Assembly: GCA_000437315.1 (NCBI GenBank)
Contig: FR899419.1
Location: forward strand, 16,156 to 80,155
Reading direction: 5' to 3'
From: Mycoplasma sp. CAG:472
Lineage (GTDB): Bacteria > Bacillota_I > Bacilli_A > RF39 > UBA660
DNA: 64,000 bases
This document shows, in pieces, positions 25,901 to 32,555 of the stretch. Within the stretch, counting starts at the first letter, position 1, and every line of letters begins with the position of its first letter. The notes beneath the pieces are model-generated. The model had not been told where the DNA came from and ran no database searches. It saw only the letters and a program-made list of their open reading frames with translations. The position numbers and the translations under genes are program-made.

Positions 25901-28867
25901 TAAAACATTAATATTTTCTGAGGTAACTGGTTCATTTTTACTTAAATCATCTTTATTAAATGGAAATAATAATTCATCACTTTCTGGAGTAAATTTTAAT
26001 GATAAAGTATACTCTACTACATAAATATGTCCACGTTTTAAAAATTCATAATCAGAAAAATACAAAGTTTTTTCAGGTAAATTATCTGAGGCAGTAAGTT
26101 CAAGTTCATCAGTTATTTTTAATGTATTTGCTTCATCTTTACCATTTGTTATATCATATATTTTATAATTAATCTTTTTAATATATTTTTTAATTGAATT
26201 ATTATTAGTTACTTCTTCTTCATTTTCAGATGTAGTATCCTTTAAGATTGGTGTTATTTTAAGACCAATAGTTGTATCATCCTTTAAGTTTTCATCTTTA
26301 CCAGCATTAGGTATTTGAGTAACCTCTATCGTTGCTTCTCCAGAGGCAAGTACTAAAAGTGAATCATTAATTCTAAATTCAAGGTATCCTGGATCAAATA
26401 CTACTGAATCATTTCCACTTATTCCATTTTTAATAAATATTACATAATTTTTAGATATTATACCATTTTTATGTCTTTCACGAAGCATATCAAGTGTATA
26501 ACCAAAATCCGCTAAAGTAAGTTTCTTTGTTCCATCAAAGTAATCAGCTATAATATTTTCTGTAACATTTATCGAAGATATATGTGAATTATTATATAAA
26601 GTTCCTTCACAAAGTTCTATTTCAAAACTTTTAAAGTTTTCTTTAATAACATCTGCGGTTATACTTTCATCAATTAATTTACTTATTTCAAGATTAACAT
26701 TAACATTAAATATATCCTTAAATGCTTCTTCATCAGTTAATGTAATACTTTCCATATTTGTTTTAACTACATTTGCCTCAGTTGTAAATATCAATGTTCT
26801 ATCTACAAAATTAACTCCTGCAGGTTTTTCTTCATCCTTTAAATCATAATATGCATATAAATCTAATGTGTATTTTGTAGAACTTTTTAGCATTGATAGA
26901 TTAATACTTGCACATTTTGTTGTTTCACTTTCAGATGAAGAACAATCAGTATAAGTAAGAGCAGTAGTATTAACATCTCCACTACTCATATTTTTATATT
27001 CTACATAAATATTTTTAGTTTTATCAATTGTATTATCTGGATCATATATAGTAAACTCTCCAGTTACAGTTGATGCACTTACATAAATATTTTTAGCACT
27101 AATTGTTGGTGTCTGAAGGTTATTCATATTAAATAAAGGACTATTTTCTGTACGATAATCAATATTTTTTTCATTATCATTAATACTTATTATAGCATTT
27201 ACATAATAATTTTTATTTTTTTCTAAAGGCTTTTCAAATTTTAATACTTCCTCAAGGGGTTTATCTTTAGTAATAGTTTTTACTAAATTATCTCCTTCAT
27301 CATAAATATTATATATTACTTTTTTAATTGAATTATTTGGATCTACTACATTTTCTAATTTAATACTTACTGTATAATCTTTTTTATTAACTGTTGCTAT
27401 TACACTAGGCATTATTTGAGTATCTTTAAATGGATTAATTTTTAATGTACTTGATGTTACACTTGCGGCATTACCATCAGGATAAGATATACTTCCATAA
27501 GTAATATCTTCGATTTTAGCAATATATTTTTTATTAGGGTTTAAATTATTAAATGTATGATTTATTTTTTGACCATTATTTTCAAATCTAACGCTTTCTA
27601 CTAAATTACTTTTTTCATCATATAAATTAAGTGTTCCTGACGTAAATGTAGATGTTTTACTTACATTAATGTTATAAGATAAACTATTACTACTTTTATA
27701 ATCAAGTTCAAGAAGTGCTCCAATTTCTGAAGTATTAAATGTTCTTTGGAATAATACATAATCACTTACTACTCCAGTATTACCTTTATATGAAGCATAA
27801 ATTGTTAATATATATTTACTATTACTTTTAAGTCCATCATAAATATATTCATTTATTTTTCCATAAGTTTTATATTCTTTTAAATCAATTACATCACCAG
27901 TTTTAACATTTAATAGTTTTGCATATACTGAAGATGTTATTAAATTATTATCATCAATTACATCAAAATTAATATCTATTTTATGAGAATTTACATTACT
28001 TGATAATAGTCTTACATAAGGAGCTTTTTTATAATCAACAACTGTTTCTACTTGATATCTATCCTCTACTTTAATATTTGGTTTATTAGGTTTAACTGTA
28101 GTATTTCCTGTATTATCATCATCTTTTTTATCATCATATAAAATATCAATATTTTGATCACTATTAATTACTATTTCAGATAAGTTTAATTTAGTTTCAT
28201 TTCCTACACTAATTATTCTTTTATCTAAATCAACTTTTACATTATCAGATGTTAATATGAAGCATTCTGATGCAATAGTTTCAATATTTAATGTTTCATT
28301 TGTTATTCTAACAAGTCCACCATCAATAAATTCAAATTCAAAATAATAGTTTTCATACATATTTTCAGAACTTGTTAATTTAAGTTTTAAGTTTTTACCT
28401 GCTACTATATATTTTGTATCACTAATTCTTCCAATAAAACTACTAAAAGTAATATCTTTATTTTTAGAACTAATTAAATATCTATCATCTTTATAATTAA
28501 TTAAATATTTACTTTTAATATTGTAATAAGAAAGATATTTTTCATTTAAATCATCAAGTGGCATAAGTACACCATCATTTAAAAAACTTATTGATTTATC
28601 ATTATAAAATGCAAATGAATAAATACTTGCAACAGTTTTCTTATCATCTTTTGAAGTAAATATTACATCATCACTATATCCTTTTTTATATTCAGTTCCC
28701 TTTATAAAATAGGCTTTCTCTGGTACATCACTATCGGTTATACTTACATAACCATCACTATAAAATACTGTTTTTTCTTTCAAAACAAATTTATAAAGTG
28801 AAAATACTAAAGCTGCAAAAGTTACTATACTTACTAAAATTATCGTTACAAGGCTTTTATTTTTCAT
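22943..28867 (-). CDS. Giant membrane-anchored surface protein (1974 aa) with many FN3/Ig-like repeats; first gene of the F1-like operon
   Basis: N-terminal TM segment LVTIILVSIVTFAALVFSLY. Recurrent about 90-110-aa modules end in L(K/N)xNxxY.....Y strands (LKSNSKYILTIYASY, LNPNKKYIAKIEDI, LKSSTKYTLDLYAYY, LDENKQYYFIIEYD). Its stop lies 2 nt from the next start. Confidence 0.7.
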   Translation of the reverse strand: MKNKSLVTIILVSIVTFAALVFSLYKFVLKEKTVFYSDGYVSITDSDVPEKAYFIKGTEYKKGYSDDVIFTSKDDKKTVASIYSFAFYNDKSISFLNDGVLMPLDDLNEKYLSYYNIKSKYLINYKDDRYLISSKNKDITFSSFIGRISDTKYIVAGKNLKLKLTSSENMYENYYFEFEFIDGGLVRITNETLNIETIASECFILTSDNVKVDLDKRIISVGNETKLNLSEIVINSDQNIDILYDDKKDDDNTGNTTVKPNKPNIKVEDRYQVETVVDYKKAPYVRLLSSNVNSHKIDINFDVIDDNNLITSSVYAKLLNVKTGDVIDLKEYKTYGKINEYIYDGLKSNSKYILTIYASYKGNTGVVSDYVLFQRTFNTSEIGALLELDYKSSNSLSYNINVSKTSTFTSGTLNLYDEKSNLVESVRFENNGQKINHTFNNLNPNKKYIAKIEDITYGSISYPDGNAASVTSSTLKINPFKDTQIMPSVIATVNKKDYTVSIKLENVVDPNNSIKKVIYNIYDEGDNLVKTITKDKPLEEVLKFEKPLEKNKNYYVNAIISINDNEKNIDYRTENSPLFNMNNLQTPTISAKNIYVSASTVTGEFTIYDPDNTIDKTKNIYVEYKNMSSGDVNTTALTYTDCSSSESETTKCASINLSMLKSSTKYTLDLYAYYDLKDEEKPAGVNFVDRTLIFTTEANVVKTNMESITLTDEEAFKDIFNVNVNLEISKLIDESITADVIKENFKSFEIELCEGTLYNNSHISSINVTENIIADYFDGTKKLTLADFGYTLDMLRERHKNGIISKNYVIFIKNGISGNDSVVFDPGYLEFRINDSLLVLASGEATIEVTQIPNAGKDENLKDDTTIGLKITPILKDTTSENEEEVTNNNSIKKYIKKINYKIYDITNGKDEANTLKITDELELTASDNLPEKTLYFSDYEFLKRGHIYVVEYTLSLKFTPESDELLFPFNKDDLSKNEPVTSENINVLKEVPTVYMFAWESAENFITYKYEIIDKDKAINNNDFNLYYSVNEDEVINPSESVTCPKPLRAYNASAYKCAKINNLNNADNYKIHVNVKLIESDTYESSYALVNEKVFNGISPLEMSYNILKTENKLMHNNLLIMKLTGQTSKVASYNLILSDGSSTFKIENINNNKTEGFLDAIGGNKITYTKGSETKTWNYTGYDKNNDLLHTAYIGTCEEDLCLYLDYSKLYYSNTFGSVFESYKNKNITVTLEGLYDTGKVGFLGNTSKKYAFVKSETGEYVLLFDRNFTLSQNAIGAYYPFTSGGYFVDDDEPGAGSNTYANNNYFIGNIYFKNLASRYFANKNEIFYERKVDYKVNEKGVTIYLNKDYEAIDIKELGTSEISSLDNTFTYENVVPSLKINLVSPTINGAKINMQISGIKESDIDNEDNVKYLYLEVGNNTLKINKDELTSQSGVVNGNSYVIKTYSNYLLNLKSVKVDNKVVTDYKYDYLTKTIKFNDEEYSGKKIDITYEITLYGLDINTEYNIKAYMMISGKKVYLTDSSSTLYETFNYTFKTLSEADVKVTDASFDINSKDDYSQRLLNLNYNISDIMGIKSVDYEICADGVCATNIQNCSDDNYNVLGGSTCAKSNKYDMSASFDITGDSFIFGKDYQTKLTAKVDTPSGEKEIVIYNSGVSVRSLNAPNLDVIKASHYNTTSGYYLNFKIAFNDPDKVVTSGNYKAYLAILQNGEYKVVSGSEEVKNIFSSNNKTRYNNLDENKQYYFIIEYDTYINNNGTTALEHHFDRYLMFTLNNYHINTGLVQYIADNYVGEDQNIYGETTLRFGYAANIMKDNVPLEPDEDYVEQEAYVVGITYAINSIESSVGNIYISGTKMFDELSTDEDDKIIYITGSTESSVVGDSYYQILLRHNGTKGQNANAYAYTDELLLRSAGYNIVYKFYLGGAITKDLNTEEKCIANAASNKWNADKNECYILGSENNATTRTEDKKRG

Positions 28868-28897
28868 ACATCTTACCCTTTCTTATCATACATAATT

Positions 28898-28926
28898 ATT
28901 TTATCAAAACTATGTTACTTATTCAA
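28898..28926 (-). promoter_or_regulatory. Candidate sigma-A promoter of the 12-gene F1-like operon
   Basis: Minus strand TTGAAT (28926-28921), 17-nt spacer, TAAAAT (28903-28898), about 30 nt upstream of the ATG at 28867. Confidence 0.45.
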
Positions 28927-28954
28927 GTAATTGATTATATTTTTTTATAAAAAA

Positions 28955-28980
28955 ATCGGCTTCACATAGCGAAGCACGAT
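28955..28980 (-). terminator. Conserved hairpin after DGR target 1 (copy 1 of 2); here followed by a T-run
   Basis: Minus strand ATCGTGCTTCGCTATGTGAAGCCGAT followed by TTTTTTTAT. A near-identical 26-nt copy lies at 32523-32548. Confidence 0.6.
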
Positions 28981-28983
28981 TTA

Positions 28984-30108
28984 TTATCCAAGCATTATTT
29001 TATATGGATTACCCTCAGAACCATCTCCTGAAACAACATATACATTAGATTTAAGATATAAGACTGGCCTAACTGCATAACCGTAATACGCATAGTTGTT
29101 GTAGAGACCGCCGGTGCCAGAGACGTAAACAGGGAGAGAAGAACTGTAGGCCGTCATTGTCCATTCATATCCCTTTGTAAATAACCAATTATTTTTATAA
29201 CCATTATTCACTGCATAACCATAATCACTTGCATACATTAAACCTATCTTTAAAGTAGTACTAGTTTGGCTTGTTTTTTCTTTATCATATTGCGTTTTTC
29301 CCGTGGTTGATGTTGAACCAGAAACGCCAATATTCCAATATACACCATCATATATCATATTATAATAGTCTCCACTTAAGGCTATACCATTTTGCGTATA
29401 ATCACATTTAGCAACCGGTTTTTGTGAACTACTATAATATGAATAACAATAAGCTGCACAGTCACTATTATTTCTACTATTAATTTTTAAAAAGCATTCA
29501 TTTAAATTCTTTTGAATTGTACTTCCTACCCAAGTTGAACTAGATGTAGTATCTGCATTATAGACTAGGCCTCCAATTGAATCATTTCTTATTATTTTAA
29601 CAAGTCCATTATTATTCCAAGTTTTACACGTACCGTCAGTATTTACTGCTGTACATACTGGTGTTTTACCAATTATTCTATAAAGCTCTTTATTATGCCA
29701 AATATAATTATTAGGATTATTTCCTTTATATCTAACTCCGTAATCAGATTTATATAAAAGTCCATTTCCACTTACTTCTCCAGAAGTACTTGTTGTATTA
29801 ACTACATTAGAAAGAAGTTTAGGATTACTTGTAAATGATACATTACAAGAAACATTTCCAGTTATATTTTTAATATCTAATTTCCAATTATCTATATCCC
29901 ATACTCCATCAGCATTATCACAAGTTATATCTACTTGATATAAACCTTTACTAGGAAATGTATTAGATACTTTACCATTTACAAGTAATGCAATTGTATT
30001 TCCATTATAGTTAAATGTATTTTTAGGTTTATTACCAATTATTAATAAAGTACATATCATTATAACAATTAATGATACACATATAACAATCTTTTTATTA
30101 TTTTTCAT
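28984..30108 (-). CDS. DGR target protein 1: membrane-anchored surface protein with a C-terminal variable region
   Basis: N-terminal TM segment. Shares the central module RYKGNNPNNYIW..LYRIIG and the C-terminal WTMTAYSS..[VR]..GYAVRPVLYL..SGDGSEGNPY with the 572-aa paralogue. VR1 lies at 29071-29151. Confidence 0.8.
   Translation of the reverse strand: MKNNKKIVICVSLIVIMICTLLIIGNKPKNTFNYNGNTIALLVNGKVSNTFPSKGLYQVDITCDNADGVWDIDNWKLDIKNITGNVSCNVSFTSNPKLLSNVVNTTSTSGEVSGNGLLYKSDYGVRYKGNNPNNYIWHNKELYRIIGKTPVCTAVNTDGTCKTWNNNGLVKIIRNDSIGGLVYNADTTSSSTWVGSTIQKNLNECFLKINSRNNSDCAAYCYSYYSSSQKPVAKCDYTQNGIALSGDYYNMIYDGVYWNIGVSGSTSTTGKTQYDKEKTSQTSTTLKIGLMYASDYGYAVNNGYKNNWLFTKGYEWTMTAYSSSLPVYVSGTGGLYNNYAYYGYAVRPVLYLKSNVYVVSGDGSEGNPYKIMLG
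29071..29151 (-). repeat. DGR variable repeat VR1
   Basis: Aligns base-for-base with the TR at 30527-30607. All 15 mismatches fall on plus-strand T (coding-strand A) of the TR. Encodes SSLPVYVSGTGGLYNNYAYYGYAV. Confidence 0.9.
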
Positions 30109-30367
30109 TTAATAACCTTCTTTCTAATATATTAATTAAATTTATTTTAAAATAATAATTTAAATAATTATTATTTTCATATTCTTTTTTTACAATAATA
30201 TCTAAATTATCTAATATTATATAATTAATTTCATACTTATTTAAATTTCTATTTATATAATTAAATATTATCTTATCTTCATCAAAAGTATAATATTTAT
30301 TATTTTTAATTATTAATATTAAATAATTTTGATAAATATGTTTTAAAACATTATATCTTTCTTTCAT
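30098..30367 (-). CDS. Small ORF (89 aa), possible truncated MutS-domain-I-like (MSL-like) paralogue
   Basis: NNKYYTFDEDKIIFNYINRNL...INYIILD loosely parallels RGKFYQCKNTDAYIMNLLFGY...ISYQIIE of the 147-aa MSL-like protein. Overlaps the target 1 start by 11 nt. Confidence 0.35.
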   Translation of the reverse strand: MKERYNVLKHIYQNYLILIIKNNKYYTFDEDKIIFNYINRNLNKYEINYIILDNLDIIVKKEYENNNYLNYYFKINLINILERRLLNEK

Positions 30368-30379
30368 ATTATTTTATTA

Positions 30380-30418
30380 GATGTCGATAGAAAGAGTACG
30401 TATACTCTTTCGTCCATC
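30380..30418 (-). promoter_or_regulatory. Long imperfect hairpin in the spacer 3' of the TR
   Basis: GATG..GAT.GAAAGAGTA-CGTA-TACTCTTTC.GTC.CATC: about 17 paired positions with a 4-nt loop. It is relatively GC-rich for this genome. Confidence 0.5.
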
Positions 30419-30526
30419 TATTATCTTTTAAAAGTATAATACTTTTAAGGAAAGTTTATGTTTCTTATGCTTAACACTTTATAGCCATAACCATAAAACC
30501 TAAACCAAACATAAGAAGCTATAAAA

Positions 30527-30607
30527 AACTGCATAACCGTTATACGCATTGTTGTTGTTGAGACCGCCGTTGTTATTGACGTTAACAGGGTTAGAAGAAC
30601 TGTTTTT
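30527..30607 (-). repeat. DGR template repeat (TR)
   Basis: Non-coding. Starts 23 nt downstream of the RT stop. The coding-sense reading is AAC/AAT-rich (N SSS N PV N V NNN GGL NNNN AY N GYAV). Matches VR1 and VR2 except at adenines. Confidence 0.9.
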
Positions 30608-30630
30608 CAAAAAACTTCCCTATATTTATA

Positions 30631-31692
30631 TTAATAGTACCTATCTATAATATGATTTATTTTATCCTTATTTACAAAATTATAACTATGAAAATAATTT
30701 TCTAAAGAATAAAAATATTTTTCAAAAGTAATCATATTATTTTGATACATATAAATACCTTTCTTAATACCTTTTTTTATATTATTTCTTGCATTTTCAC
30801 TGAAATTAATAATAGTTTTATTATTAATAATTCTAAAATTATAACCTAGAAAATTAAAACCATTTTTTAAATTTACAATATAAGTTTTCTTTTCATTTAT
30901 TTCTAAATTATAAGAATGAATAAAATCTATTATTTTATTTTTACATATTTTTAAATAGTTTAAATCATTTGAAAATATTACATAATCATCCATATATGAA
31001 AGCATATATTTTAAATGCAAATCATGAATTATATAGTGATGTAATTTATATAAATAAAATATAGCAAAAAACTGTTGAACTTGGCCTCCCAAAGAAAGTC
31101 CTACACCATTTTTATATCTAGGTAATTTTTCATTAACTTCTTTTTCTAATATATCTATTTTATCATTAATATAATCATAATTAGTACTATCAATTATTTT
31201 ACAAACTAAATTATATTCTTCATTAGTTAAAACATTTATTATTAAAGATTTTAAAATATTATGATCAATAGAATAAAAATATTTTTTTATATCAATTTTT
31301 AAAACATAAATATCTTTATTAAAATGTTTTAACTTTTCAATATCAGAAAGTAATAATTTAATAGCATATGTAAGTCCCATACCTTTCCTTGTTGCAGTAA
31401 TTTCCTTACATAGATATTTTGATAGTTTAGGAATCAAAATATATTTTGCTACATAATGATTAATAATTTTATTAATAATACTTTCACTCATAACAACCCT
31501 AATTTTAGGTTCTCTAACTAAAAATATATTATAACTACTACCTTGATATAAACCATTTTCTAAAATATATTTTATATAAACTAAATACTCTATTTTACAT
31601 TTTTCAAATGCAAGAATTTTCTTTCTATTTTTCACTCCTTTCAATATCTCATTATTATATATATCTAATAAATCACTTATTTTTACTATCAT
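30631..31692 (-). CDS. DGR reverse transcriptase (353 aa)
   Basis: RT motifs: LKIDIKKYFYSIDHNIL, TRKGMGLTYA, GLSLGGQVQQFFAIFYL, YMDDYVIFS (YxDD), LGYNF. Small size, no maturase or endonuclease domains, flanked by Avd and the TR. Confidence 0.9.
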   Translation of the reverse strand: MIVKISDLLDIYNNEILKGVKNRKKILAFEKCKIEYLVYIKYILENGLYQGSSYNIFLVREPKIRVVMSESIINKIINHYVAKYILIPKLSKYLCKEITATRKGMGLTYAIKLLLSDIEKLKHFNKDIYVLKIDIKKYFYSIDHNILKSLIINVLTNEEYNLVCKIIDSTNYDYINDKIDILEKEVNEKLPRYKNGVGLSLGGQVQQFFAIFYLYKLHHYIIHDLHLKYMLSYMDDYVIFSNDLNYLKICKNKIIDFIHSYNLEINEKKTYIVNLKNGFNFLGYNFRIINNKTIINFSENARNNIKKGIKKGIYMYQNNMITFEKYFYSLENYFHSYNFVNKDKINHIIDRYY

Positions 31693-32062
31693 AATCTATC
31701 TTATTATCTAACCATTTATTACTCATTCTATTTATTTCAGATAACTTATATGAAATCTTTTTCAATGAAGTTTCTGCAATATAACCTTTAATAAATAATC
31801 TTTCTATAATGTAATCAATAGTATTTATAAGTGAATTTATTTCTACTTTATATGCACTTATCAATTTATAATTATCTTCATTATTAGTTTTATTTATAGA
31901 ATATAATAATTCTATAGATAATTCCTTTAACTTATTTTTATAAAAATAATCTTTTTTAGGAATATTTTCTATTATCTTATCGAGTATATTCATAAAATCT
32001 TTATACTTAGTTAATATTAAAAATTCTTTAGATGATGCATTATTTTCTAAGTTCATTTTCAA
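31673..32062 (-). CDS. avd: Avd-like accessory variability determinant (four-helix-bundle protein, 129 aa)
   Basis: Size, all-helical character and position immediately upstream of the RT (20-nt overlap). Pattern IENIPKKDYFYKNKLKELSIELLYSI ... IDYIIERLFIKGYI is typical of Avd / 23S-IVS four-helix-bundle proteins. Confidence 0.7.
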   Translation of the reverse strand: MKMNLENNASSKEFLILTKYKDFMNILDKIIENIPKKDYFYKNKLKELSIELLYSINKTNNEDNYKLISAYKVEINSLINTIDYIIERLFIKGYIAETSLKKISYKLSEINRMSNKWLDNKIDYDSKNK

Positions 32063-32483
32063 TTAAACCTATTATTTGTTCAAGTTTTTCATCACAGCAT
32101 CTATTTAAATTGTCAATTAAATAATCTAATCTTTTTCTTTTATCTAAATTTTTTAATGCTAAATCTAAATATTTTGGATAATTATTAAGTTTATCAAAAT
32201 CCTTAATAATAGGATTTTTATCTACCTCAATAATTTGATAAGATATTTTAGCATCTTCCAAAGTATTTAATACTTTGGATAAACTATTATCAGGAAATCC
32301 GCATAAACCATCTTTGAGTACTTTATAACCAAATAGTAAATTCATTATATAAGCATCAGTATTTTTGCACTGATAAAATTTACCACGATTTTTATAAAAT
32401 ATCAAAAATGACTTTACATTAGTAACCCCCCCCCCCGATTTTACATTGTCTTTACATACGTTTACGTTTTTAAATAATTTCAT
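32040..32483 (-). CDS. MutS-domain-I-like small protein (MSL-type DGR accessory, 147 aa)
   Basis: RGKFYQCKNTDAYIMNLLFGYKV..GLCGFPDNSLSKVLNTLEDAKISYQIIE parallels MutS mismatch-binding domain I (GDFYELF..DA......L......aGvP......yl..L...G..vai.EQ). Overlaps avd by 23 nt. Contains a G11 tract at 32426-32436. Confidence 0.6.
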   Translation of the reverse strand: MKLFKNVNVCKDNVKSGGGVTNVKSFLIFYKNRGKFYQCKNTDAYIMNLLFGYKVLKDGLCGFPDNSLSKVLNTLEDAKISYQIIEVDKNPIIKDFDKLNNYPKYLDLALKNLDKRKRLDYLIDNLNRCCDEKLEQIIGLIENELRK

Positions 32484-32522
32484 TTTAACCTTCCTTTCAA
32501 ATTATTTAATCATTTATTTTAA

Positions 32523-32548
32523 ATCGGCTTCACAATGCGAAGCACGAT
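32523..32548 (-). promoter_or_regulatory. Conserved hairpin after DGR target 2 (copy 2 of 2), no T-run
   Basis: Minus strand ATCGTGCTTCGCATTGTGAAGCCGAT. Differs from the 28955-28980 copy only in two loop bases. Lies between the target 2 stop and the msl-like start. Confidence 0.55.
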
Positions 32549-32555
32549 TTATCGA

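Noticed and set aside
30631-31692. Reverse transcriptase as a retron or group II intron RT.
   Set aside because: There is no msr/msd-like inverted-repeat structure and no intron domains or maturase/endonuclease extension. Instead there is an adjacent Avd-like gene and a TR with two adenine-specific VR copies, which are DGR hallmarks.
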